Assembly: GCF_006345805.1 (NCBI RefSeq)
Contig: NC_043002.1
Location: 92,380,001-92,444,000, forward strand
Direction: 5' to 3'
Length of the DNA: 64,000 nt
DNA from: Octopus sinensis
Taxonomy: Eukaryota
This document shows positions 26,468-38,149 of this stretch, piece by piece; positions within the stretch are counted from its first letter, which is position 1, and the number at the start of each line of letters is the position of its first letter. The notes under the pieces are model-generated. The model did no database searches. It had not been told where the DNA came from and worked only from the letters and a program-made list of their open reading frames with translations. The position numbers and the translations under genes are program-made.

Positions 26468-26840
26468 CCTATTTGTTTACTACACACAAGGGGCTAAACA
26501 CAGAGACAGTAATTGGAACTTAATTTATCGACCCCGAAAGGATGAAAGGCAAAGTCGACCTCGGCGGAATTTGAACTCAGAACCTAACAGCAGACGAAAT
26601 ACCTATTTCTTTACTACCCACAAGGGGCTAAACACAGAGAGGACAAACAAGGACAGACAAACGGATTAAGTCGATTATATCGACCCCAGTGCGTAACTGG
26701 TACTTAATTTATCGACCCCGAAAGGATAAAAGGCACACTCGACCACGGCGGAATTTGAACTCAGAACGTAACGGCAGACGAAATACCGCTAAGCATTTCA
26801 CCCGGTATGCTAACGTTTCTGCCAGCTCGCCGCCTTATAA
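26468..26840 (-). mobile_element. SINE family S2, head-to-tail dimer
   Basis: Full unit followed by a second unit that starts at GTATTTCGTCTG after tail GAAATAG. Confidence 0.85.
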
Positions 26841-26994
26841 ATCAAACAAGCAAACCAAATACATTGAATATGTGTCGATAATGGTTACAACACAAAAAAT
26901 ACCATAATCTCAAGGCCAATCAGTTTTAAATGTTTATTTGATAATTTACCAAATAATTAATACTTCACGATTTATAACTAATTATACAATATTG

Positions 26995-27170
26995 AACTGT
27001 TCTGGAAGTTCTGGAAGTTGATCATCAGTTCCGTGAAACTCGGAGTAACAGTTAGTGAATTTTTTTTTTTCATCTTCAATAAAATGCCACATTTGAAGCT
27101 CGAACACTATTTCCTCTCCCTTCTTTTGCACTAACGCGCTCACACGTGTGTGAATCTATAAATATTTGTA
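26995..27170 (+). mobile_element. Degenerate PLE pLTR (family C-like) with decayed hammerhead
   Basis: AACTGT…GTGAAAC-TCGGA-GTA-ACAGTT. Stems I and III are retained and the CUGANGA core is scrambled. Ends at (TA)n. Confidence 0.55.
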
Positions 27171-27175
27171 TATAA

Positions 27176-27211
<36 letters not shown>

Positions 27212-27599
27212 CTCTAAAGAAGGAGCTAGTTTCTAATAAAAATACAAAGGCCCACGTTGGAATGTAGATAACGAAAACAAGTCACATTTTAAACCTGAGA
27301 AAAATCTCGCATACTTTTACTGTTCCACTTAAAGATTGTACTTATAATGTGCGAGTCAGTTGATTGATTTTTCTGAAAATTCTAGCTATGCACATGGACA
27401 GTTATGTATGCATGCATGTATGTATGTATGTATGTATGTATGTATGTATGTATGTATGTATGTATGTATGTATGTATGTATGTATGTGTGTGGTGTGTGT
27501 GTGTGTGTGTGTCTGTCTGTCTGTCTGTCTGTATGTATGTATTATGTATGTAATGGTATGTATGTATGTATGTATGCATGTATGTATGTATGTGTTCTT

Positions 27600-27900
27600 T
27601 AGAGCTATAGTCCTAGAAACTAACGCTGAATATTGCAACAGGCTATTCTCTTGTATTTTTGGAAACGAAAATTGTAAAAATAATTGCAAGATGAATGCCA
27701 CAAACCTACATAATAACTCCAAAGCTAGAAATAAAACATAACATTTAAGGTACCATGAGGAACGTCAACCCCCTTGAAGGTGCGGCAACTTATTTAAAAC
27801 ATAAATATCGTAGTATGGGTGAAGATTCGGTAGATCAAACCAGCCGAAAAAGAAACTACTATTATTCACAATCATGTTCATAATCCCATTTATCAGTGAA
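27600..27900 (+). mobile_element. Probable degraded PLE 3' end with decayed hammerhead (27819-27869)
   Basis: GTGAA/TTCAC and TTCGG/CCGAA stems around GA…GAAAC. Weak similarity of the upstream sequence to a GIY-YIG C-terminus. Confidence 0.35.
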
Positions 27901-28411
27901 TTACTGTGTATATATGTATGTCCGTGTTATAGACCTCTGTGTGTGTCTCCAAGTTTATATGGATAGATAAGCTGTATGTTTTTCTATATTATTTTAGATT
28001 AGCTTGTGCTTCTGCTTTTTGTAACAACACATTAAAAATAGAAATTTATCTACGTAGTAAGATCCTGTATTTAAATGGAAAATTTGACGAGACAGTCAGT
28101 CACCGGCTGACACTCGCTGACGATACATCGAAGAGGCCAGGGAACAGAAGAAAGAAGACATGCACCCAACACCAGAGCTGAAGACACCTCCGAAAGGGGA
28201 GGGGGCGCCACGTCAAAACGGTAGAGCAGTAGGGGCCGAAACCGGATGTGGTTCCTCCTGATGATGTCTTGAGCTAACTGGATCCTATAAAGGAGCTGTT
28301 GTGGTAGCAGACCACGAAACACGGTTGTAATTCCTCCTTCCCTCCTCCTGTACAACAAAACAGATATGTATAAGCATATTTTATATTGAATATAGTGAAA
28401 GGTTATACATA

Positions 28412-28585
28412 GGCGTAGGAGTGGCTGTGTGGTAAGTGGTTTGCTTATGAACCACATGATTCTGGGTTCAGTCCCTCTGCGTGGCACCTTGGGCAAGTGT
28501 CTTCTACTATAGCCACGGGCCGACCAAAGCCTTGTGAGTGGATTTGGTAAACGGAAATCGAAAGAAACCCGTCATATATAAATGT

Positions 28586-28643
<58 letters not shown>

Positions 28644-28875
28644 GTATGTATGTATGTGTGTGGGTGTGTATGTTTGTGTGTCTGTGTTTGTCCCCACAAC
28701 ATCGCTTGACAACCGATGCTGGTGTGTTAACGCCCCCGTAACTTAGCGGTTCGGCAAAAGACGCCGATAGAATAAGTACTTACAAAGAATAAGTCCTGGG
28801 GTCGATTTGCTCGATTAAAGGCCGTGCTTCAGTATGGCCATTGTCAAATGACTGAAACAAGTAAAAGAGAAAAGA
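28412..28875 (+). mobile_element. SINE family S1, full length
   Basis: GGCGTAGGAGTGGCTGTGTGGTAAG head through GAAACAAGTAAAAGAG tail. Confidence 0.88.
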
Positions 28876-28915
28876 GTATATCCATATGAGAACAGAAGCA
28901 CAGGAAAAAGAAACA

Positions 28916-28974
<59 letters not shown>

Positions 28975-29585
28975 GCATAGACACAGTTGAAAACAGACAG
29001 AAGTATGGAACATGAAAGTTACTAACGATGACTAATCGATTACCAAAGACAGGAGATCAAAGTCAATCAGCATTAACATAATTGAGCCATATGTCCGTAA
29101 GTTCAATAAAAAAAGCCCTGGGTGTTATAACTAACTATTTATTATGTTTCAGACAGTTTCAATGGAAGTAAGACAAGGATAAAGTCAAAGATGTCCAACA
29201 AATATTTTGATTCTTTAAAAACAAAGAAAAAAATGAATATAACAGCTTTTTTTTATGTTTTGTGAGTAAAATACCTTTTCCATGTCATGCTTCCTATTTT
29301 ATCAATATTTACCACGAAGTCAAAGAAACTTGACATTGCCAGGACTTATCCATTCAGTTGTTGTCAATCGACCGCTGGATGAAAGTCTCAGCAAATGTAT
29401 TCACGGAGCCTAATTGTAGGGTGCATGATGTGCTCCTGTATTCTTGACTATTGTCACCTCGGTAGAAATCCAACTAACAATGCAAATATCGAGAACAAAC
29501 ACCTATTTCTTTATTACCCACAAGGGCTATCCTCTGTCTGCTGTCTATCTGTCTGTTAGTCTGCCCTGTCTGCTATCTATCAATG

Positions 29586-29631
<46 letters not shown>

Positions 29632-29647
29632 TATAGATAGGATAGAT

Positions 29648-29692
<45 letters not shown>

Positions 29693-31456
29693 AGATAGAT
29701 AGATAGACAGACAACAGATACCAACTCAATATATCAATGAACCTAGCAATTGGACAGACTTTCTATAAAATGAATACCAGAGTACTGGGGTGAATAAAAT
29801 TGATTAAATGCATTGAAGAGTGGTAACCTGGTACAGCTGCAGTTCAATAACTGAGGTCAGCAGAAGATTATATATAATACATTAATATATACCTATATAT
29901 GTGTGTGTAATATATATATATATATATACACTCGTGTACAGTATATGAATTTGTCTGTGTGAGAGAGAGAGGTGGAGAGTGATAGAGAGGGGGGAAACGG
30001 CTAGAAGGACAGATAGAAACGTAGACAAGAAAGTATAATTGACAACTAAAATTAATATGCAAATGCGTACGCCTTCGGGGCTTTTACTCAATTAACCTAA
30101 TATAGCTGTATGTATATATGCATGTAAGTACGTATGCATGCATGTGTACGAGTGCATGTATGTATATGTGTGTGTGTGTGTGTTTGGGGTGGTAGTATGA
30201 GTAGTTAAAAAACTGCAGATGTCAGTTAACGAGGCTAGACATGTGAAATCCGCACTTCCATATTAATTTTATTGGCCTACAGCCCAAGTGACAACACCAC
30301 TCTCTGTCTGTTTCTCTGACTGATACTCCCTATCGCTGTCTCTCTCCTTCTTCCTCCCCCTCTCTCTCTCACTCACTCCCTCTCTCCCTCTCTCTCTCTC
30401 TCTTTCATTCTCAGACTTATTGAACATCATATCATATATCAATACTCCTTAACCTCTGGTGCAGTCATACTCTCTCCTCCTTCGACCTTTTCTGCCACTA
30501 CTACAACGACCTTTACCTTTTGGACCTGACTGATCCTTTTTCCTCTACGCACTTATTTTCAAGTCCTCACATGTGTGGTCCCCTGCTTCATGAAGCCTCA
30601 GATTACGTTCTGAAAATCCCTTTTTACGCTCTCCCCCATTCTATCCTCTATCCCTTCTCCTTCTTTCCCATCTCTTCTACTCCCTTTCTCTCATGCCTCT
30701 CCTTACTCTCTCACTCTTTCTGCTCTCTCTCTCTATCTCACACACACATACACTCTCTCGCTATCTCTCCCCCCTCTCTCTCTCGTTCTCTCTTGCCTCT
30801 TCTCTCTGACCACGTTTGATTTGCAGCCACTAAGAGCTAGATTATCCATGTTGATATTTTCTGTCCCTTGGTCAGGAGAGAGTCCATAAATCTTTGAAGA
30901 GGTTTCGAAACTGGTGATAAGGTGGAAAGGTATCCCCAAACACGGAGAGCTAGCTTGAATGCTTGCAACGGAAGGGACCCCGCTAAAAGCACCCAATGGC
31001 CAATTTCTACGAAGCCGGGCGACAAATGAAACCTAGTACAAATATACATACGGTGGCTGTATGGTTGAGAAGCTCCTTTAGCAATCCCATTGTTTTCGTT
31101 TCAATCCCACAGTACGGTACCTTGGGCAAGTGTCTCCTACTAGAGCCCCGATCCGACAAATGTTTTGTGTGTGGAAGCCTGTCGTATATATGTAATTATG
31201 CGTGTGTATGTATGTGTATTTGTGTTTGACAACTGCTTGACAACCGGTGTTAATTTGCTTATGTCCCAGTAACTTAGTGGTTCGGCAAAAGAGCTCGATA
31301 GAACAAGTCCTGGGATTAAAAATACATAAGTACTGGAGTCGATTCGTTCAACTAAACCCTTTAAAGCGGTCTCACAGGATAGCTGGAATCCGAATGACTG
31401 AAACAGATAAAGGTATATGAAATATGCACATACATATATCTTTTTTTATCTAACTG

Positions 31457-31645
31457 TCGCCATGATAGATCGTTAGCCACTACACACATTTTTTTCTCTC
31501 CTTGTTTTTTCTGTGTCCCTCTCTGTAGAAGAGCGTAGGCTCGAAACGTAAAAGACTTTTTCTATTCCTGAGCGTTATACTAATACATCTGTTTGTTTTG
31601 TACACCACCTGTCTTCGTCTTTTGTTTTTTTCGTAAACTCTCCCT
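31457..31645 (+). mobile_element. Solo pLTR of PLE family A with hammerhead variant (31518-31555)
   Basis: Homologous to 874-1049. CUGUAGAA-GAGC(GUAG)GCUC-GAAAC-GUA. Confidence 0.75.
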
Positions 31646-32447
31646 ATGTCTATCTATCCATTTATCGACCATAGAAGGGTGAAATGCGATAGCTTCGGTG
31701 TGATTTGAACTTGGAACGCAGAAAGCCGAATTGAATACCGAGAGACAGTTCATCCGATGCTCTAACCATCAGCCTCTTTGTCATCAAAGAGTAGGGTTGG
31801 GTGGGAATGCCATATGTACAACACTTCCATGTCAAAACTCCGAGAAAGAAAATTTAAAGACGAAGTAAAAGGTCCTACAGCAAGATCTAGTCCTCGTTGC
31901 TGTGGTGGTCTGTCATACTTCAAGTTCCTAGTAGGGCCTCTCATGCAAGCCAGGTCAAAGGATAGAGGATGGACTAATATAGATTACGCTTTTCTAGAAC
32001 TAAAACGGATTTGAGTAAGATCAACATCCCAACCTAGAAAGAAGCAAACTTACAGAAGCACTGATAACAATTCAGAACAAACAAGACCTGAGAGGAAATA
32101 TATGCCCACGAAGAAAGCGGAAGAGACGACACACTATAATGAGGCAGGAAAAGCAGGGATCCAACAGGAGAAAAAGCAGAAAAGACAGCCTAGAGAAAAA
32201 AAACAGTGGACAACAGTCGCCAATGGCCTATATTCTATAAGGAAAGAACAGTCAGACAGTAAATAAGGAATCTAGTCTTTTTCATTCGCAGAATCAGCCC
32301 CACACCCTTTATTTTGGTCAGATTGCTTTCCTTTTTGGTGTATCGATACAACTCTGAATTTCCATTGCAATCAACCAATTACTTTATCTTGTGAATTAAA
32401 GAATCTGATAGCATTTTGAATTAAAGTTGGGAAATTTTGCTAATTTT

Positions 32448-32495
32448 AGCCAATCAACAGACAGCGTGGCATTAGCAGCTTGTTACCATGACAAC
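32448..32495 (+). promoter_or_regulatory. Candidate NF-Y CCAAT box plus RFX X-box
   Basis: AGCCAATCA at 32448-32456. GTTACCATGACAAC at 32482-32495 fits the X-box consensus GTHNYYATRRNAAC. Confidence 0.35.
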
Positions 32496-34218
32496 AGTAC
32501 GTTGTGTTGTGGTTCACTTCACTGTTGTCTGTGACGCACGTTGTTCGATGTTGATTTTTTTTACAATTGATTCTTCACACCACGAGATTCTTTTCACCCG
32601 CGTGTTTTGTTTTAATTTTACTGTGCTTCTGTGGGTTAGTATTTTTCTGTATTAGGATTTTTAAATATTGTTCATTTTGATATATTTTTCATAAACATTT
32701 TTCATATATTTTTACTATGTTGATTCTTCACACTACAAGTGTTTTGTGCTAATTTCTCAGTGTTAATATTTTGCATATTAACTGAAATTTAGCCCACGTA
32801 ACAGGAACTCAGAGGGATATCGTGGAACAGAGAAACTGTGGGTGATACAGATAATTTTACACTATTTTGGAATTCTGCAAGCAAAAACCTACAAGATACA
32901 AGTATTCTTTTCCTTGGGACAAATTATCTGTTGACCAGTGTTATTCTTATCGTAGTTTACAAATCCGAGCATGAAAACATTACTCAACTTTGGAGTTTTG
33001 GGGATAGATGCCCCCTTCACACACACATATGAATGCATGAATGTACATATAAACTTATATATGAATACATACAGCCACATGCACTTATATATTAATGATA
33101 TACATAAATACATGACAGGTATACATAATACTGAAATACGTATAAACACATGCAGATAAATATATTAATATAACAAATTTTTTTTAAAATTTTAATACAA
33201 TCAATGAATGAGAGAGACTAGATCCAGATGATACATGTTGATTTTATTAGGTATTTCTGTTTATTTACAAACCTACAGTGAACAGGTCAAATGCTACATT
33301 TCACAGGATACAACCTTAAAGTTGACAACACTCCGCTAAACGCAGAAAAATTCTGTCTCGCTATTGGCTAAAAATACCCAGTTATTTTCGATTTTTAAAT
33401 CTCTGTAACTTTTTTCTCCGATTTTTTCTCTACAACATCATACCTTCAAAGCAATGAGACTGGAATACTACATTATTACAGCCAATTTTCAGATATTTTA
33501 CTGTCAAATACAAAAAAGCATATTTTACGAATGAAAAAACTAGATCCTAAATAAGTTAGTAAGTAAGTATAAGGCAAGGAAATGTTATGTACTTAACGTC
33601 CCGTTGCAATTGAAACCCATTGTGAACTTTTCTCTGTCTTTCGTATGTGGGACAAATTTCTTGCAGTAGAAGACAAGCATGGGGTGTTCTCGGATTTTTG
33701 ATTTATACCAAATTTAATTGCTAGTACATCACTACTTTCCTCAGTTTACGCTATCAAAATGCAAACGCACACATGTATATGTATACGTTTATGTACTTAT
33801 ACACACACACAACTGCACGTACGCACATGCACGCACACGCATGCGAGCATACACGCACATACACATACGTGCATATAAGCTTAATGCTTTACAATGACAG
33901 CAGTTTAAATTTAATTCAGCAAAATAGTTAGTCCCTAACTATGCATTTTTCCATGACAGGAAGCAATTATTTCCCTTTCTGCTCTCTCCCCCATTCTATT
34001 CTCTTTCCCTTGCCCTACTCTCATATCTTCTACTCCATCTCTCTCACGCTTCCCCTTATTCCCTCACCCTTTCCACTCTCTCTCTCTACTCTCCCTTTAT
34101 CTCTCTATAGCTCTATCTCTTTCCCTCTCTCTTGCCTCTTTTAATCTTCTGTCTTCCTCTCATATATCATCATTCTCTAAACCACTAATCACTAAGCTCA
34201 GTTATTAAGAAAAAATTC

Positions 34219-34629
34219 GGATCTTTTCGGTTTGAACGGCAGTTTTTTCAAGCGGAGTCATATGAAATTGTCACCCATAAGTATGACCCTAGTATCGATT
34301 TATTGCATTTCAATGTTTTAGAGTTAGTGTTAGGGTAAGGGGTGGGGGGAAGGGTATCTTTTTTCTTCACAAATGTAAGTAAACCCAATCTGATTCTTAA
34401 ACGAGGGACATATTCATACGGCACAGAATGTTTTTACCTCAATAGACGTCAGTGATTGGTTGAAATTGCAGAAGAAAGAACAACAAATATCTTACAAACT
34501 ATAGAATTTTCTCAATAAAGCCAAGAGAAAAAGATGTTTTATAAACACATTCTACCAGTATACGAAGTTTAAAATTTTTTAGTTACCTAGAAATTATGTT
34601 AAAAACTGCCGTTCAAACCGAAAAGATCC
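34219..34629. mobile_element. MITE with 29-bp terminal inverted repeats
   Basis: GGATCTTTTCGGTTTGAACGGCAGTTTTT…AAAAACTGCCGTTCAAACCGAAAAGATCC. Second copy at 53293-53731. Confidence 0.85.
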
Positions 34630-35074
34630 AAACATTTTGCTTGTAGCCGGCAAAATGTCTGCGATGACCCCTTATAACATTTGTGAATCTCACCAATTTC
34701 CTACAATACATGTAAACCGAAAGTGTGGAGGCGTAAGTAAAGGCAACCGGGCGTGATTCTTTTAAAATACTGATTTGTAATGCTACACGATTGAACCTAA
34801 AACTTTTAGTCAGGACAAAACACACTGTCCCGGGTCCTTTATAATGCCTCTTAAACTAATAGGAGAGCGGAAAGAAAATATTCTTCAAGTGGAAGCGTGA
34901 CTAGAATACATAGAATTCCGTTTAAGGAATCCCGGATGTCAAATAGAGTTCCTAAAAAAGTCGGTAGGCGAAGTCTACTACCCGACTTAAACATACAACC
35001 ATACCTGAATCCAGCATTGAAACGAAACAACAAATTTTGTTAGAGGAAGCAATAAATGATTGGTACCAACTTTT

Positions 35075-35280
35075 GAGGCGCATGGCTCAGTTGTTAGGCT
35101 GTTGGACTCATGATTGTAAGATAGTGGTTTCGTTTCTTGGACCGGGTGATGCGCAGTGTTCTTGATCAAAACACTTCATTTCACGTTGCCCAGGCCACTC
35201 GGTTGGTAAAAAGGTGTAATCCTGCGACGGGCCGGCGTTTCGTCAGAAGAAACCAAGAAACCGACCCTATGTTCCCTACA
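35075..35280 (+). mobile_element. Diverged tRNA-derived SINE
   Basis: GAGGCGCATGGCTCAGTTGTTAGG head resembles S3, followed by GTGTTCTTGATCAAAACACTT. Confidence 0.5.
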
Positions 35281-35664
35281 GAGTAATGCGGACTGACCAA
35301 CCAATTTTTTTACCTTGGCGAATATTGAACTCTTAAAGAGATGTAACTAAGCTCTACAAGGCCTTTTATTGGGTTCACTGTTCTCAATAATCATGTTTCT
35401 TACTCCGTCCAAAAAGTATGCAGAAAGGGTACCAGTTGGTTATATTAACTCTTGTACTTGACTGGTATTTTTATTTTAGAGGGTGGCTTTGGCAGAACTG
35501 TGACTCAGAATATGAAGAACCGGATTATCTCTCGCAAAGCGTTTTGACCAACGCTCTGAGTCTAATAATTGTTTCTTTAATTCGAAAAGGATCCGTAAGT
35601 TGCAATAAAGTATTTAATGAGATGTTATTCAAAGAATGTACAAAGACGCGTGTTGTGGGGTAAA

Positions 35665-35815
35665 CTATTTATATAAGATTTTACAAGGATGTGAATGGTT
35701 ATATAAGAGAAAGTTTACACGGATGCGTGAGGTAGGACAAAGAAGTTATATAAAAAGACAGAATTTACGCGGATGCGTGTGGAGGAACAAATAAATTATA
35801 TATGAACAAGAGAGT
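35665..35815. repeat. Degenerate ~45-bp minisatellite (about 3 units)
   Basis: TTATATAAG…TTTACACGGATGCGTG…ACAAA recurs. Confidence 0.55.
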
Positions 35816-36194
35816 GGAGAGGTGTGAAATCTGTTATCCAACTAGATATGGGGATAAACTGACAACTAATAAAATCATATGCTTTTATTCTTTTATTTGT
35901 TTCAGTCATTTGACTGCGGCCAAAATGGAGCACCGACTTCAAGGGTGTTAGTCGAAGAAATCGACCCCCGGACTTATTCTTTATAAGACCCTAGTACTTA
36001 TTCAATCGTTTTTTTTTTTGCCGATCCGCTAAGTTACGGGGACGTACACACACCAATATTGACTGTCAAGCGATGGTGGAGAGATAAACACAGGTACAAA
36101 TACACATAAATATACATGCATACATATATATACACACGTATATATGGTAGGTCACGGTGATCACGGTGATAGATATATATATATATTTCTTGTA

Positions 36195-36232
<38 letters not shown>

Positions 36233-36310
36233 CTTGTAATTCAGAAGTATAGAGATTTAAATAACACCTGCGTTTAACTCCATTTATATATATATATATA
36301 TATATATATA

Positions 36311-36678
36311 CTAGCAGTATAACCCGGCCTTGCCCGGGATTAAGTTACGATTATTAAGCTATTTCAAACCAAACTAAGTAGTATCGATTCTCAACAAAAC
36401 ACTTATTTTATTCGGCATAAAATAAAAATAAAACTCTTTCTCATCCAAAGTAATGTGTGTGAGAGAGAGAGGAGGGAGAAAGATGAACGATTTAAAATAA
36501 ATAAATGATTTAAAATAAATATATTGTAATTGTTGTGTGAGAAAGTATATATACTATGATTATAAAATATAATGTCTTTCAAAAACATCCTGAATTTGAA
36601 CACTATATCTCGTGTTTAAGAAAAAACAAAACATTTTTACATTTTATTTTTATGAACGTCGTCACTTACTCTCTCTCC

Positions 36679-36710
<32 letters not shown>

Positions 36711-36977
36711 CTCTCACTTTGTCTTTCCCGTGAAACTCTCTGCTTCTTTCTTCCACTTTTCTTTATCTTGTTTTTTTTTGTTAGACGCCGTCAAAAAAGC
36801 TATGGCTGATATTTTTTGTGGCTAAAAGCTATGGCTTAAAATAGATTTTTACGCTATCCACGGGTGCCTCGGGGAAAAAATAAGTTGACAAAACCCAGAT
36901 AGGATGTTGACGAGTGTTCTCCTAAAATTTGAGCGACATTCGTGCTAATTTGTGGATATGCATAAATTACAATCACG

Positions 36978-37033
<56 letters not shown>

Positions 37034-37055
37034 TCATACCTTTTATAGATATGAT
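36311..37055 (-). mobile_element. Non-autonomous Helitron with internal (CT)n and (CA)n
   Basis: Minus strand starts a^TCATATCTATAAAAGG and ends CCCGGGCAAGGCCGGG, 8 nt, CTAG^t. Confidence 0.72.
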
Positions 37056-37717
37056 ATATATAATTAATTAATCAATTAATTAATTAATTAACTAATAGCT
37101 TAAAGCAAACAGAGAATATACATAGAATAATCATTTTTATCATAGTACAGTCAATTAATAAGTTCTTATATATTTTCGCATGTTTCGGCCAATTAGTACC
37201 TTTAAAGTGCATTATGATGTTATATATACGACGGGATTCTTTCAGTTTCCGTCTATCAAATCCATTCACAAGGCTTTGGTCAGCCGAGGCTAGAGTAGAT
37301 GTCACTTGCGCAAGGTGCCGTGTAGTGAAACTGAACCCAGAACCATGTGGTTGGGAAGCAAGCTTCTTACCACACAGGCACAAGTCATCGCTCTAACCGT
37401 AGCCTTATGTTTCAAAAAGTACCTGTAAACTTTTTTGGTGTTGGTTGATCTAGAAAGCCACCTACGTTTTCAGGATACTCCTGTTTTCGGCTAATAGCAA
37501 TACAATCCTAATACTTTTTGTAAGGGCCTGTCTTTTGAAGAATTCTTATATTCCGGCCGAATTTGTTCCTCAGAGCTCAAATCATCCAGGTAATACCCGA
37601 GGCACCACAAGTAAGTAATTATTCCCGGTTTGATCTTTGGAAGTCAGCAAATTTCATTTCATCGCAATCCCTATCGTCCTTTTTATTATTAAACCTATTA
37701 CAATATGTATTATGGAG

Positions 37718-38110
37718 CAAGGCAGCGAGCTGGCAGAAACGTTAGCACGCCGGGCGAAATGCGTAGGCGTATTTCGTTTGCCGTTACGTTCTGAGTTCAA
37801 ATTCCGCCGAGGTCAACTTTGCCTTTCATCCTTTCAAGGTCGATTAAATAAGTACCAGTTACGCACTGGTTCGATATAATTGACTTAATCCGTTTGTCTG
37901 TCCTTGTTTGTCCTCTCTTTGTGGTAGTAAAGAAATAGGTATTTCGTCTGCCGCTACGTTCTGAGTTTAAATTCCGCCGAGGTCGACTTTGCTTTTCATC
38001 CTCTCGGGGTCGATAAATTAAGTACCAGTTGCATACTGGGGCCAATCTAATCGACTGCCCCCCCCCCCCACCATTCCCTTGAAATTTCGGGCCTTGTGCC
38101 TAGAGTAGAA
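37718..38110 (+). mobile_element. SINE family S2, head-to-tail dimer
   Basis: Same GAAATAG|GTATTTCGTCTG junction (~37938) as the 26468-26840 copy. Confidence 0.85.
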
Positions 38111-38149
38111 ACGAATATGTTTTATTGAGCAGAGATGTTGTTTTGAGGT

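Noticed and set aside
30885-30925. Hammerhead at TTGAAGAGGTTTCGAAACTGGTG
   Set aside because: Position 17 would be G, stem II is 1 bp and stem I is absent.
31760-32270. RTE LINE 3' end
   Set aside because: Only a vague IMRQE…K.R..QPR..W resemblance across frameshifts. Left uncalled.
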